Assembly (NCBI GenBank): GCA_044356035.1
Contig: JBIKWZ010000006.1
Coordinates: 4,031 to 68,030 of the forward strand
Source: Cyanobium sp.
GTDB lineage: Bacteria; Cyanobacteriota; Cyanobacteriia; PCC-6307; Cyanobiaceae
Reading direction: 5' to 3'
Length of the DNA: 64,000 nucleotides
The notes under the pieces are model-generated. The model saw nothing but the letters and a program-made list of their open reading frames with translations, was not told where the DNA came from and ran no database searches. Of the stretch, positions 25,942 through 35,272 are shown in pieces. The translations under genes were made by a program, and so were the position numbers. Each line of letters starts with the position of its first letter. The stretch's first letter is position 1.

Positions 25942-27510
25942 ATGTTGGCACGGTGCAAGACGGCAGCGCTGCAGGGCCTGGAGGCCAGGCCAGTGCTGGT
26001 GGAGGTGGATCTAGCTCCCGGCTTGCCGGGCCTGCAGCTGGTGGGCCTGGCCGATGCGGCGGTGCAGGAAGCCCGGGAGCGGGTGCGCTCGGCCATACGC
26101 CACAGCAGCCTGAAGGTGCCGCTGACGCGGGTGGTGGTCAATCTGGCCCCCGCCGACCTGCGCAAGGAGGGGCCGGCTTTTGACCTGCCGATCGCCCTGG
26201 GCCTGCTGCTGGCCAGTGGCCAGCTCGATGCCGCCAGCAACAACGAGGTTTGGAGCGCCGGCGAGTTGGGGCTGGACGGCAGCTTGCGGCCGATCCGGGG
26301 GGTGCTGGCGATTGCGATTGCGGCCCGGAACCATGGCGCCCGGGCCCTGGTCGTGCCCCAGGCCAATGCCTGGGAGGCTGCATTGGTGGAGGGGCTGCGA
26401 GTGTGGGGCGCCGCCGATCTCGGCCAGGCCTTATGGCGGCTGCAGCATCCGCGGGCCCGTCCGGCCGCCACCGCCCTTGCCCCTACCCTTCAACCAGCCA
26501 ACGCACTGATAGCCGCCAGGCCCCCGGCTGAAGATCTTGCCGACGTCAAAGGGCAGCCCCACGGGCGCCGGGCCCTGGAGATCGCCGCGGCCGGAGGCCA
26601 CCACCTGCTGCTCTGCGGCCCACCCGGCAGCGGCAAAACAATGCTGGCCCAGCGACTGGCGGGGCTACTTCCACCGCTCGATCCGGCGGAGGCCCTTGAG
26701 CTCACAGCCGTCCACTCGGTGGCGGGCCTGCTGGACAGCAGCCAGGGCTTGCTGCAAACCCGCCCCTTTCGCAGCCCCCACCACAGCTGCTCCGGGCCAG
26801 GGCTGATCGGTGGAGGTGGCCAACCCAGACCAGGGGAGCTGGCCCTGGCCCACCACGGAGTGCTGTTTCTCGATGAGCTGGCCGAATTTCGCCGGTCCGT
26901 GCTCGACCAATTGCGCCAACCCTTAGAAGACGGCGAAGTCTGGATTCACCGCGCCCGCCAGCGAACTCGCTTCCCCTGCCGCATCACCCTGGTGGCCGCG
27001 GCCAATCCCTGCCCCTGCGGCTGGTTTGGCGATCCAGAGCGCAGCTGCAGCTGCGGCGAGGGCCAGCGGAGGCGCTACTGGGGCCGGTTGTCGGGCCCGC
27101 TGCTGGATCGCATTGATTTGCAGGTGGTAATGAGACGGCCATCCAGCGCCGCACTGACGGCACCGTTTCGAACCCAAGGCGACTGCAGCTCGACCTGCGA
27201 CGAATCAAGCGCTGAGGTGCGAGCAAGAGTCCGCCGGGCCCGCGCCCACATGGCTGCCCGCAATCCGGGGGGCTGCTGCAACAGCCGCATCGCCGGAGGT
27301 CAGCTGCAGCAAGTACTTCAACTGGAAGGCGAAGCCTTAGAGGTGTGGGAGGCTGCGATTCAGCACCGGCAACTCAGTGCCCGGGCTGGCGCCAGGCTGC
27401 TGCGGGTTGCCCAAACGATCGCCGACCTAAACGATCAAGCCAGCATTGGCGCAACTGCAATTGCCGAAGCGCTCACCTACCGGTCATTTGATCAAGGGGT
27501 ATCTCGCTAA
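25942..27510 (+). CDS. comM: Mg-chelatase-like AAA+ protein ComM/YifB
   Basis: N-terminal Lon-protease-like subdomain (GLPGLQLVGLADAAVQEARERVRSAI..., DLRKEGPAFDLPIALGLL), Walker A LLLCGPPGSGKTMLAQ, Walker B VLFLDELAEF, Cys cluster CPCGWFGDPERSCSC. The track ORF starts at 25753; trimmed to the ATG at 25942. Confidence 0.9.
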   Translation: MLARCKTAALQGLEARPVLVEVDLAPGLPGLQLVGLADAAVQEARERVRSAIRHSSLKVPLTRVVVNLAPADLRKEGPAFDLPIALGLLLASGQLDAASNNEVWSAGELGLDGSLRPIRGVLAIAIAARNHGARALVVPQANAWEAALVEGLRVWGAADLGQALWRLQHPRARPAATALAPTLQPANALIAARPPAEDLADVKGQPHGRRALEIAAAGGHHLLLCGPPGSGKTMLAQRLAGLLPPLDPAEALELTAVHSVAGLLDSSQGLLQTRPFRSPHHSCSGPGLIGGGGQPRPGELALAHHGVLFLDELAEFRRSVLDQLRQPLEDGEVWIHRARQRTRFPCRITLVAAANPCPCGWFGDPERSCSCGEGQRRRYWGRLSGPLLDRIDLQVVMRRPSSAALTAPFRTQGDCSSTCDESSAEVRARVRRARAHMAARNPGGCCNSRIAGGQLQQVLQLEGEALEVWEAAIQHRQLSARAGARLLRVAQTIADLNDQASIGATAIAEALTYRSFDQGVSR

Positions 27511-27532
27511 GCGGGAGACCAGATCAAAGCAA

Positions 27533-27703
27533 TTAACGGCGGCGGCGGCGCTGCTGGGCCTTGCGCTTGTACTTCTCGACCGGTGTCTCGTGGTGACGCA
27601 GACGCTTTAGGTCAGCGAAGATGCCCGCCTTAGACACCTGGCGCTTGAAGCGGCGCAGGGCCGATTCAATCCCTTCGTTTTCGCCGACGGTGACCTGGGT
27701 CAT
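27533..27703 (-). CDS. rpsU: 30S ribosomal protein S21
   Basis: Not in the track (56 aa). Hand translation: [56 protein letters not shown]. Confidence 0.9.
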   Translation of the reverse strand: MTQVTVGENEGIESALRRFKRQVSKAGIFADLKRLRHHETPVEKYKRKAQQRRRRR

Positions 27704-27779
27704 GAAGCGCTGCGCTGCTCACAGAGCTTGCCAATGTAGCAACTGCCTTTCCGCGCCGACCATTCCCCCTGCTTCCAGG

Positions 27780-28457
27780 TCAGCCCCCGGCGCCAGAAAG
27801 GTCTGAAATGGGGCTGGGCGCCACTACTGGCAGCCCAGGCTGGATCGCAGCATCTGGCCAGGTATCGCGGTAGAGATACACGTGGCCCAGATTTCGACCG
27901 CCGTAGGCCCGGCGCTTGAGCTGCCAGCCCGGTTCAAACACCAACTGCAGGAAGCCAGCGCCCGGACCCTGGGTGCGGGCAACCAGCATTTCCGGGCCCG
28001 CCCCAGCCTTGGTGGGCACGGCCAGCAGCACGTTGTCGCCGCTCTGACGCAGAACTGTTAGGCGATAACTCGTGGCCAGATCTGCGCCGCCTACACGCAC
28101 CGAGTAGCCGTTCGCATCGATGAAGCGGCTGCAGATGCCGCTGAAATCAAAAGTTGCAAGCAGGGGGTCCACCGGAGCTGGTGAGCCAGGGGCTACTGCA
28201 AAACAGGGCCGGGTCGGGTTTATCTGCTCATAGATGTTGAGTTGGGCGCGGACGCCATCGCCGATGGGCGCTGCCACCAGCACAAAACGCTCCTGGCTGA
28301 GATCCGCTGCTTGAAACAGGGCGCTGGCCATGGCTGGGGTGGCAGCAAAGGCAACCGCAGTGGCGCAAGCTCCAGCTGCCAGGGGGAGGTAATTGGCACC
28401 CAGTTGGAGCAATCGCATCACGGCATTGGCAAGCAACATGGACCTAATCGTATGCAC
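27780..28457 (-). CDS. Conserved cyanobacterial secreted protein (DUF3747-like, from memory)
   Basis: Signal-like N-terminus, then FVLVAAPIGDG...LNIYEQI...PCF...FDFSGICSRFIDANGYSVRVGG. Start ambiguous among several Met codons. Confidence 0.55.
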   Translation of the reverse strand: MHTIRSMLLANAVMRLLQLGANYLPLAAGACATAVAFAATPAMASALFQAADLSQERFVLVAAPIGDGVRAQLNIYEQINPTRPCFAVAPGSPAPVDPLLATFDFSGICSRFIDANGYSVRVGGADLATSYRLTVLRQSGDNVLLAVPTKAGAGPEMLVARTQGPGAGFLQLVFEPGWQLKRRAYGGRNLGHVYLYRDTWPDAAIQPGLPVVAPSPISDLSGAGG

Positions 28458-28472
28458 GGCATCCGGCTAGGG

Positions 28473-28670
28473 CTAGGCCGGCTTGTTGATCCGGATGGCC
28501 ACCAACAGGGCCGCAACCGTGCCAGGCAGGCTCAGACCCAAAATCCAAAGGGTGGCCTGCAGGCCCAGGTCGGGGTCGCCATAGGCCAGCTCAAAAACTG
28601 AGCCCATCGAAGCGATGCCCAGCAGGCAAGCCAGGGCCAGGAAAAAGCCGGCCAGTGGTTTCATCGGCAT
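28473..28670 (-). CDS. Small two-TM hypothetical protein
   Basis: 65 aa, ATG start, two hydrophobic helices, located between def and the DUF3747-like gene. Confidence 0.4.
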   Translation of the reverse strand: MPMKPLAGFFLALACLLGIASMGSVFELAYGDPDLGLQATLWILGLSLPGTVAALLVAIRINKPA

Positions 28671-28682
28671 GGAGAAGAAAGA

Positions 28683-29267
28683 TCAGCGGATGGAACGGAC
28701 ATCTGCCCGTTGAAAGCCCTTTTCCAGCAGGCCTTCATTGAGGCTGAGCTCATCGGTAACCCGATCTACGAAAAGCACACCTTCGAGGTGGTCCATCTCG
28801 TGCTGAATGCAGCGGGCCAGCAGACCATCGGCCTTGACCCGTTGGGGGCGGCCCATCTCGTCGCGATAGCTGACCTCGACCGTGGCCGGGCGCACCACAT
28901 TTAGGTAAACGCCTGGAATGCTGAGGCAACCTTCCTCGTAGGTCTCGATTGCAGCACCGAAGCAGGCGATCTCTGGATTGATCAAAACCAGCGGCGGCGC
29001 AGCGGCATTCTCGGGATCAAGATCAATCACTAGCAGCTGCTTATGCACTCCCACCTGGGGTGCCGCCAAACCGATGCCCTTGGCCGCGTACATGCTGCGC
29101 AGCATGTCCCGGGCCAGATCTCGCACACTCTCATCAACCTTGCTGATGCGCTTAGCAGGGGCGCGCAGCACCCCATCGCCAAGGGTGTGGATTGTGAGGG
29201 GGGACTCCTCAATAGCATCCTTGGGCACTTGAACGCCGCGGCTGGCCTGAACGGCGGAGCGTGCCAT
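28683..29267 (-). CDS. def: Peptide deformylase
   Basis: GIGLAAPQVG, EGCLSIPG, QHEMDHLEG (the three PDF motifs). Track ORF trimmed to the ATG at 29267. Confidence 0.92.
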   Translation of the reverse strand: MARSAVQASRGVQVPKDAIEESPLTIHTLGDGVLRAPAKRISKVDESVRDLARDMLRSMYAAKGIGLAAPQVGVHKQLLVIDLDPENAAAPPLVLINPEIACFGAAIETYEEGCLSIPGVYLNVVRPATVEVSYRDEMGRPQRVKADGLLARCIQHEMDHLEGVLFVDRVTDELSLNEGLLEKGFQRADVRSIR

Positions 29268-29346
29268 CTGGGCGAAGCTGCCGGCTGAACTGCGGGCCAA
29301 CGCGATACTTGATCGAAGGACATTCACTTTAAGTCGTTCTGCCTCG

Positions 29347-31284
29347 GTGTATGCGGTGGCTGATCCCCCTGGAGCCCTTCCTGCCGCTGTTGTGGTGGGC
29401 CAAACCACCAGCCTGCGGGAGCCACAGCTACTCGACGGGGTGCTCTATTGGCTGGAGCAGCGACCCCATGAAGGGGGGCGAACGACCCTGCTGAGGCGCC
29501 TGGGGCCAGACCAGCAAGCAGAGGAGCTAACCCCTGGCAGCTGGAATCTGCGCAGCCGGGTGCATGAATACGGAGGTGGCAGTACGGCCCTGGGCCACCG
29601 GAGCGATGGCCGGCCGGTGGCGGTATTCAGCCACGACGGCGACTGCTGCCTCTGGCTGCTTGAGCTCGACAGCAGCGATTGCCCGCCGCGACGACTCAGT
29701 CCGCCAGGTGCCTACGGCGGCGGCTTGATCGATGCCGGCCGCGACCGCTGGATTGGTGTACTGGAAAGCGGCAGCGATGAAGGTTCTGGCCGCGACCAGC
29801 TGGTGGCTGTTGGACTGGAAGGTGGCGAGCCCCAGCCGCTGGTGGACCCAGCCGACTTCTGTGGCTATCCGGCCCTAAGCCCCTCCTGCGCAGGGCTGGC
29901 CTGGGTGGAGTGGCAGCAGCCCTTCATGCCCTGGGAGCGCAGCCAGCTGTGGCTGGGGCACTTCGATGCGGCAGGCCAGCTCAGCGGCCGCCGCCTGGTC
30001 GCAGGATCGGGGGTGGAGCCAAACCCGGACATCTCGGTGTTCCAGCCGCTCTGGTGCGGGCCCCACTTGGTGGTGGCAAACGATCGCTCCGGCTTCTGGA
30101 ACCTCGAGCAGCTCGACAACGCCGAAGGACTCGGCGCAGGAGACCTGAACGCAGAGGCGCCACTGCATTGGCGGCCGCTGCTGCCCATGCAGGCGGAATT
30201 CGGCCTGCCCCAGTGGGTATTCGGCATGGGCACCCAGGCTTGGGATGGCGAGCAGCTGCTGGCCACCGCCTGCCTGCAGGGGCGCTGGCAGCTGGGCCGG
30301 GTGGAGCTGCCGAGCCAGGGCGGAGACGCCGGCCAGTGGCAGCCCCTGGCCATCCCCTTTGATGATCTGGCTGGTGTTTGCGCCGAAAGGGGACGGCTGG
30401 CCTGCATCGCCGCTTCAGCAACTGAAGCCGCGGGCCTGCTCGAGCTGGACCTGGCCAGCGGCAACTGGTGGCACACCCCTGCTGCCACCTGCCCTCTGGC
30501 GCCGGAGACGATCAGCCTGCCGCAGGAGCTGTGGTTTGAGGGCCACGGCGGCGCCCGCAGCCACGCCTGGTTTTACCCCCCAGCCGGGGGAGCCCACCGG
30601 GAGGCACCCTTGCTGGTGAAAAGCCACAGCGGCCCCACCGCCATGGCCCGCACGGCCCTGAACCTGGCCATTCAGTTTTGGACAACTCGAGGCTGGGGGG
30701 TGGTGGATGTGAACTACGGCGGCTCGACCGGCTTCGGCCGCGCCTATCGGCAGCGGCTCGCAGGCCAGTGGGGCGTGGTGGATGTGGACGATTGCGCCGC
30801 CGCCGCCCAAGCCCTAGTGGCGGCGGGCCGGGCCGATCCCGAGCGCATCGCAATCGAAGGCGGCAGTGCCGGCGGCTTCACCACCCTGGCCGCCCTCTGC
30901 TTCACGGACGTATTTCGCGCTGGCGCGAGCCGCTACGGCGTAGCCGACCCCAGCGCGTTGGCGTCTGAGAGCCATCGCTTTGAAGCCCGCTATCTCGATG
31001 GGCTGATCGGCCCCTGGCCGGAAGCGCGCGCCACCTACGAGGCCCGCTCACCGCTGGCGCACGCCGATCAAATCCGCTGCCCGGTGATCTTTTTTCAGGG
31101 CCTCGATGACAAGGTGGTGCCACCGGAGCAGACCGACCGCATGGCAGCAGCGCTCGCAGCCAACGCCATCCCGGTGGAGGTGCACCGCTTCCCGCAGGAG
31201 GGCCACGGCTTCCGTGATGGTGCCACCTTGATCCGCGTCCTGGAGGCCACCGAGGCCTTCTTCCGCCAGCACTTCAACCTGTGA
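29347..31284 (+). CDS. S9 family serine peptidase (prolyl oligopeptidase / acylaminoacyl peptidase-like)
   Basis: N-terminal beta-propeller region. C-terminal alpha/beta hydrolase with the nucleophile elbow IAIEGGSAGGFTTL, FFQGLDDKVVP (Asp) and EGHGF (His). Confidence 0.88.
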   Translation: MYAVADPPGALPAAVVVGQTTSLREPQLLDGVLYWLEQRPHEGGRTTLLRRLGPDQQAEELTPGSWNLRSRVHEYGGGSTALGHRSDGRPVAVFSHDGDCCLWLLELDSSDCPPRRLSPPGAYGGGLIDAGRDRWIGVLESGSDEGSGRDQLVAVGLEGGEPQPLVDPADFCGYPALSPSCAGLAWVEWQQPFMPWERSQLWLGHFDAAGQLSGRRLVAGSGVEPNPDISVFQPLWCGPHLVVANDRSGFWNLEQLDNAEGLGAGDLNAEAPLHWRPLLPMQAEFGLPQWVFGMGTQAWDGEQLLATACLQGRWQLGRVELPSQGGDAGQWQPLAIPFDDLAGVCAERGRLACIAASATEAAGLLELDLASGNWWHTPAATCPLAPETISLPQELWFEGHGGARSHAWFYPPAGGAHREAPLLVKSHSGPTAMARTALNLAIQFWTTRGWGVVDVNYGGSTGFGRAYRQRLAGQWGVVDVDDCAAAAQALVAAGRADPERIAIEGGSAGGFTTLAALCFTDVFRAGASRYGVADPSALASESHRFEARYLDGLIGPWPEARATYEARSPLAHADQIRCPVIFFQGLDDKVVPPEQTDRMAAALAANAIPVEVHRFPQEGHGFRDGATLIRVLEATEAFFRQHFNL

Positions 31285-32651
31285 TCGCAACCTTGGCGAG
31301 CGACCTGCTGCCCAGCTTCGGCTGGTTGGCCCTGGCCCTGGCCTGCCTCAGCCTGATCCTGGCGGTGGGGCGAACCCTTGGCACGAGGCTGCAGCTGCGG
31401 CTCTGGGGCATACCCGAAGCCCTGCTGGCCGGACTGCTGGGCCTGCTGCTGGCCCCGGGCGGCCCCCTGCCGCTGTTGCCTCCTGAGGTGATGCAGCTAT
31501 GGGCCGATCTGCCGCTGGTGCTGCTCACCCTGGTGTTCGGCTCGCTGCTGCTCGGCAAACCCCTGCCCAAGCTGGAGGGGCTGTGGCGGCCGGTGTCGGG
31601 GCAGGTGTCGCTGGCGCTGGTGCTTGCCTTCGGCCAATACGTGGTGGGCGGCCTGGCAGTGCTGCTGGTGCTGCAGCCCTGGCTGGGGGTGAGCCCGGTG
31701 ATGGCCTGCCTGATCGAGGTGGCCTACGAGGGCGGCCATGGCTCCGCTGCAGCGATGGGGCCCAGCTATGCGGCCCTGGGGTTTCCCGGCGGCCAGGCTT
31801 TGGGCTTAGCCATGGCCACGGTGGGGCTGCTCTCCTCGACTTTGGTGGGAGGGCTGGTGGTGGTGCTGGCCCGCAGCCGCGGCTGGCTACTGGCAGATGC
31901 CCCAGGCAGCGCCGCCAGCGAAAGCACCAGCGCTGCCAGCGGCGAATCAGGTGGTGCAATGGCCTGGGCTGCTGCCTGGGCGGTGAACCTGGCCCTGGTG
32001 GGAATTGCCGTGCTCACGGGCGTGGCGCTACTGGCGGGATTGCGCTGGCTCACCTCTGGGCTGGGGGATGGCGTTGGCAGCGTTGTTGATGCGCTGCCGG
32101 TGTTTCCGCTGGCGATCGTGGGGTCCCTGCTGGTGCGGCTGGCGCTGGAGCGCCGTGACAAGGCCCACTGGGCCTCTTCCGCGGTGCAGGGCCAGGTGGG
32201 CACCCTTTCGGCAGATTTGCTGATCACAGCCGCCACCGCCGGGCTGGATCTGGCCCTGCTCAAGGCCGACTGGCTGCCGCTCACGGTGCTTGCCCTAGGC
32301 GGCCTGGTGTGGAACCTGGCGGTAACCCTGCTGCTAGCCCCGCGGCTGCTGCCCGCCGACTGGTTTGAGCGGGCGGTGATTGAGTTTGGCCAGGCCACGG
32401 GAGTGGCGGCCAGCGGCCTGCTGCTGCTGCGCATGGCCGATCCAGACGACCGCAGCGACGCCCTACCAGCCTTCTCGATTAAACAGCTGATGCTGCAGCC
32501 GTTTTTGGCTGGAGGGGTGGTGACGGTGGTGGCGCCGCTGGCGGTGGCGGGCTGGGGGCTGCCGCTGTGGACCGGCTTCTGCTTTGCCCTGGTGCTGCTG
32601 TTTGGCGGCACCGGGCTGTGGCTGGCGCGCAATCAGGCGCCGGCGCCGTAG
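31281..32651 (+). CDS. gltS: Sodium/glutamate symporter family (GltS/ESS) transporter
   Basis: 456-aa polytopic protein. EVAYEGGHGSAAAMG resembles the conserved GltS segment. GTGA overlap with the peptidase stop. Confidence 0.7.
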   Translation: MIATLASDLLPSFGWLALALACLSLILAVGRTLGTRLQLRLWGIPEALLAGLLGLLLAPGGPLPLLPPEVMQLWADLPLVLLTLVFGSLLLGKPLPKLEGLWRPVSGQVSLALVLAFGQYVVGGLAVLLVLQPWLGVSPVMACLIEVAYEGGHGSAAAMGPSYAALGFPGGQALGLAMATVGLLSSTLVGGLVVVLARSRGWLLADAPGSAASESTSAASGESGGAMAWAAAWAVNLALVGIAVLTGVALLAGLRWLTSGLGDGVGSVVDALPVFPLAIVGSLLVRLALERRDKAHWASSAVQGQVGTLSADLLITAATAGLDLALLKADWLPLTVLALGGLVWNLAVTLLLAPRLLPADWFERAVIEFGQATGVAASGLLLLRMADPDDRSDALPAFSIKQLMLQPFLAGGVVTVVAPLAVAGWGLPLWTGFCFALVLLFGGTGLWLARNQAPAP

Positions 32652-33295
32652 TGCAGGGCGTGAAACTGCTGATGCACCGCCGCCATCTGGGCGGCGCTCA
32701 ACACCGGTGGCTCGCCGAGTTGCAGGGCCTGCAGATACATCTGGGCCAGGGTTTCCACCTCAACGGCGATGCGCAGGGCCTGATCGAGGCTTGTGCCTAG
32801 CGTTACCTGGCCGTGCTGGGCCAGCAGGCAGGCCAGCCGATCCTCCAGGGCAGCCACCGCCAGGGCTGAGAGCTCGGCGGTGCCAAAGGTGGCGTAACCG
32901 GCGCAGCGGATGTCATCGCCGCCGGCCACGGCGGTCATGTAATGAAAGGGGGGGATAGGGCGGCCATGGCAGGCAAGGGCCGTGGCATGAATCGAGTGGC
33001 AATGCAGCACCGCCTGGATCTCAGGCCGGCTGGCGAGGAGATCGGCGTGCAGCCGCCACTCGGAGGATGGCCGCCGCTGGCCAGCTGCCGCCGCGAGGGG
33101 CTCGCCGCTGCTGGCAATCGCCACCAGATCCTGCGGCTCCATCTGCTCGAAGGGCAGGGAGCTGGGCGTGATCAGCAGGCCACCAGGGATACGCACCGAT
33201 AGGTTGCCGGAGGTGCCCTGATTGAGCCCGCTGGCGTTTAGGCGCCGAGACACCTCCACGAGCTGCTGGCGCAGCACCTGCTCAGTCATTGCCAT
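32633..33295 (-). CDS. Class II aldolase/adducin family protein (MtnB- or fuculose-phosphate-aldolase-like)
   Basis: GLNQGTSGNLSVRI...LITPSSLPFEQMEPQDLV...SSEWRLHADL...AVLHCHSIHATAL (His metal ligands). Overlaps mtnA by 14 nt. Confidence 0.85.
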   Translation of the reverse strand: MAMTEQVLRQQLVEVSRRLNASGLNQGTSGNLSVRIPGGLLITPSSLPFEQMEPQDLVAIASSGEPLAAAAGQRRPSSEWRLHADLLASRPEIQAVLHCHSIHATALACHGRPIPPFHYMTAVAGGDDIRCAGYATFGTAELSALAVAALEDRLACLLAQHGQVTLGTSLDQALRIAVEVETLAQMYLQALQLGEPPVLSAAQMAAVHQQFHALHYGAGA

Positions 33296-34382
33296 AAAGC
33301 TCCTGCAGCCCAGCCTCCGTGGCCGCTGCCACGCCCCGCTCGGTGATCAGGGCCGTCACAAGCCGAGCCGGCGTCACATCGAAGGCCGGGTTGAAGCCGG
33401 CGCTGCCATCGGGGCTGAGCTGAACCGTGGTGATCGCCCCATCGGCGCCGCGCCCCTGGATGTGGGTCACCTCCTCGGCGCTGCGGGCCTCGATCGGGAT
33501 CTCGGCAACGCCGTCGCCAATCGTCCAGTCGATCGTGGAGGCGGGCAGGGCCACATAAAAAGGGACGCCGTTGTCGTGGGCCGCCAGGGCCTTGAGATAG
33601 GTGCCGATCTTGTTGCACACATCGCCGCGGCGGGTGGTGCGATCCGTGCCCACGATCACCGCATCCACCTGGCCGTGCTGCATCAGGTGGCCGCCGGCGT
33701 TGTCCACGATCACGGTGTGGGGCACACCCTCCTGAGCCAGCTCATAGGCCGTGAGCGAGGCGCCCTGGTTGCGCGGGCGGGTTTCATCGACCCACACGTG
33801 GATGTTCAACCCGGCGCGGTGGGCCTTGTAGATCGGCGCCAGGGCCGTGCCCCAGTCGACCGTGGCCAGCCAGCCGGCGTTGCAGTGGGTGAGCACATTG
33901 AGCCTGGCGCCTGGCCTGGCCGCCGCCAGCCGCCGGAAGATCGCCAGCCCGTGCTCGCCGATCGCCTCGCCCATGGCCACGTCCTCATCGGCGATCGCCG
34001 CGGCCTCCAACCTGGCCGCCTCGACCCGCTCGGCCGGCGGCAGCTGCTGCACCTTGGCCCGCACCCGCTCCAGGGCCCAGCGCAGGTTGATCGCCGTAGG
34101 CCGGGTGGCATTGAGTTGCTCAAAGGCCGCCGCCAGCGCGCCATCGCTGGGGTCGGCCTGCAGGGCCAGCATCAGCCCATAGGCCCCAGTCACACCGATA
34201 AGAGGGGCCCCGCGCACCACCATCGTGCGGATCGCATCAGCCGCCTCAGCGCAGCTGCGCAGGGTGCGCGTCGTGAACTGGTGGGGCAGCAGGGTCTGAT
34301 CGATTACGCCAACCGCATGGGAGCCCGAGCCCCCGTCTAGCTCCAGCCAGATCGTGCGCCAGGGCTTGCCGTCGATGTTCAT
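33282..34382 (-). CDS. mtnA: S-methyl-5-thioribose-1-phosphate isomerase
   Basis: VIDQTLLPHQF..., IRTMVVRGAPLIGVTGAYGL, THCNAGWLATVDWGTAL, DETRPRNQGA, VIVGTDR...GDVCNKIGTY. Trimmed to the ATG at 34382 (MNIDGKPW...). Confidence 0.9.
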   Translation of the reverse strand: MNIDGKPWRTIWLELDGGSGSHAVGVIDQTLLPHQFTTRTLRSCAEAADAIRTMVVRGAPLIGVTGAYGLMLALQADPSDGALAAAFEQLNATRPTAINLRWALERVRAKVQQLPPAERVEAARLEAAAIADEDVAMGEAIGEHGLAIFRRLAAARPGARLNVLTHCNAGWLATVDWGTALAPIYKAHRAGLNIHVWVDETRPRNQGASLTAYELAQEGVPHTVIVDNAGGHLMQHGQVDAVIVGTDRTTRRGDVCNKIGTYLKALAAHDNGVPFYVALPASTIDWTIGDGVAEIPIEARSAEEVTHIQGRGADGAITTVQLSPDGSAGFNPAFDVTPARLVTALITERGVAAATEAGLQELYGND

Positions 34383-34561
34383 GGCTGCGGAAGTGGGCCG
34401 AGTCTTCTCCTGATCATCTCTGGGGGTGGGGAACTGGGGCAGATCAGCGCCAGGACCGGCAGCAGAACGATTCCGGAAAGGACTGTCTCGCATTCCGTAC
34501 AGCTTGTACTGCAGATTTCCGGAGCCTGTCGCCAACCCGACCACACACCCCTGCCACCTGC

Positions 34562-35086
34562 TCAAATCAGCCGGTAGCCAAACCAATCCGGCACCTGGCT
34601 CTGGCTAAGGCCCTCAAGGTGGGGCTCCAGCTGCACATGCCAGCGCTCGCCGCCCAGCAGCTCAAGCTGCTCGATCGCCAGGCAGTCATCTACGGCCACC
34701 AGATCATCCTTGTGCTGCTGCAGGGCGCCGCGCAGCCACTGGCGCTTAGCCGCCGCCTTGGCCGCCTGGGACGAGCAGGCCACCACCAGGCCGAAATGGT
34801 GCAGCTCCGCCAGCGAATCGGGGCGGTAGGCGCCCAGGTTCACAAACCACAGACGCTCGGGCCGGGGCGCGGCCGGCTCTCGCCCGAGGCTCACCGCGAA
34901 GCCATCCACCGCTCGCACCGCCATGTAGCTGTCCAGGTGCAGGCCCTCACGCCTCCCGAACCACTGCCGCCGCAACTCTGGAAGCGCCGCTTCGATCGTG
35001 GCGCCGGCCACGAAGCGCACGTCGTGGAGCTCGACGTGACAGCCCGGTGCACGGCCACCCAGCACCGCCAGAAACAAGGTGGACAA
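34562..35086 (-). CDS. DUF1543 domain protein (from memory)
   Basis: LFLAVLGGRAPGCHVELHDVRFV... and a second LWFVNLGAYRPDSLAELHHFGLVV module. This is the last high-GC gene before island 2. Confidence 0.6.
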   Translation of the reverse strand: MSTLFLAVLGGRAPGCHVELHDVRFVAGATIEAALPELRRQWFGRREGLHLDSYMAVRAVDGFAVSLGREPAAPRPERLWFVNLGAYRPDSLAELHHFGLVVACSSQAAKAAAKRQWLRGALQQHKDDLVAVDDCLAIEQLELLGGERWHVQLEPHLEGLSQSQVPDWFGYRLI

Positions 35087-35272
35087 GCGAAGTTAACAGG
35101 GCAGGCGATACTAAAACAAAGGCAACACATTCAAGGTAAAAGAATAGCCAGAGGGAAGGGCGACTAGAGTCAGTATTCGGCAGCAGATTACACTTTACAA
35201 CAAAAACCAAGGCCAAAACCGAGACTCCCGCTCCATCAGCCAAGCTTGGCAGAAAGTAGACAGACAAGGTGG

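Noticed and set aside
33222-34340. 372-aa plus-strand ORF
   Set aside because: It is fully antisense to mtnA, which has multiple diagnostic motifs. Its composition is Arg/Gly/Ala/His-rich shadow-ORF type.
34497-34509. GTACAGCTTGTAC as an NtcA or LexA site
   Set aside because: As GTA-N7-TAC it has the wrong spacing for NtcA (GTA-N8-TAC), and it does not fit the cyanobacterial LexA box as I recall it. It is kept only as an unassigned palindrome in the mtnA-leader finding.
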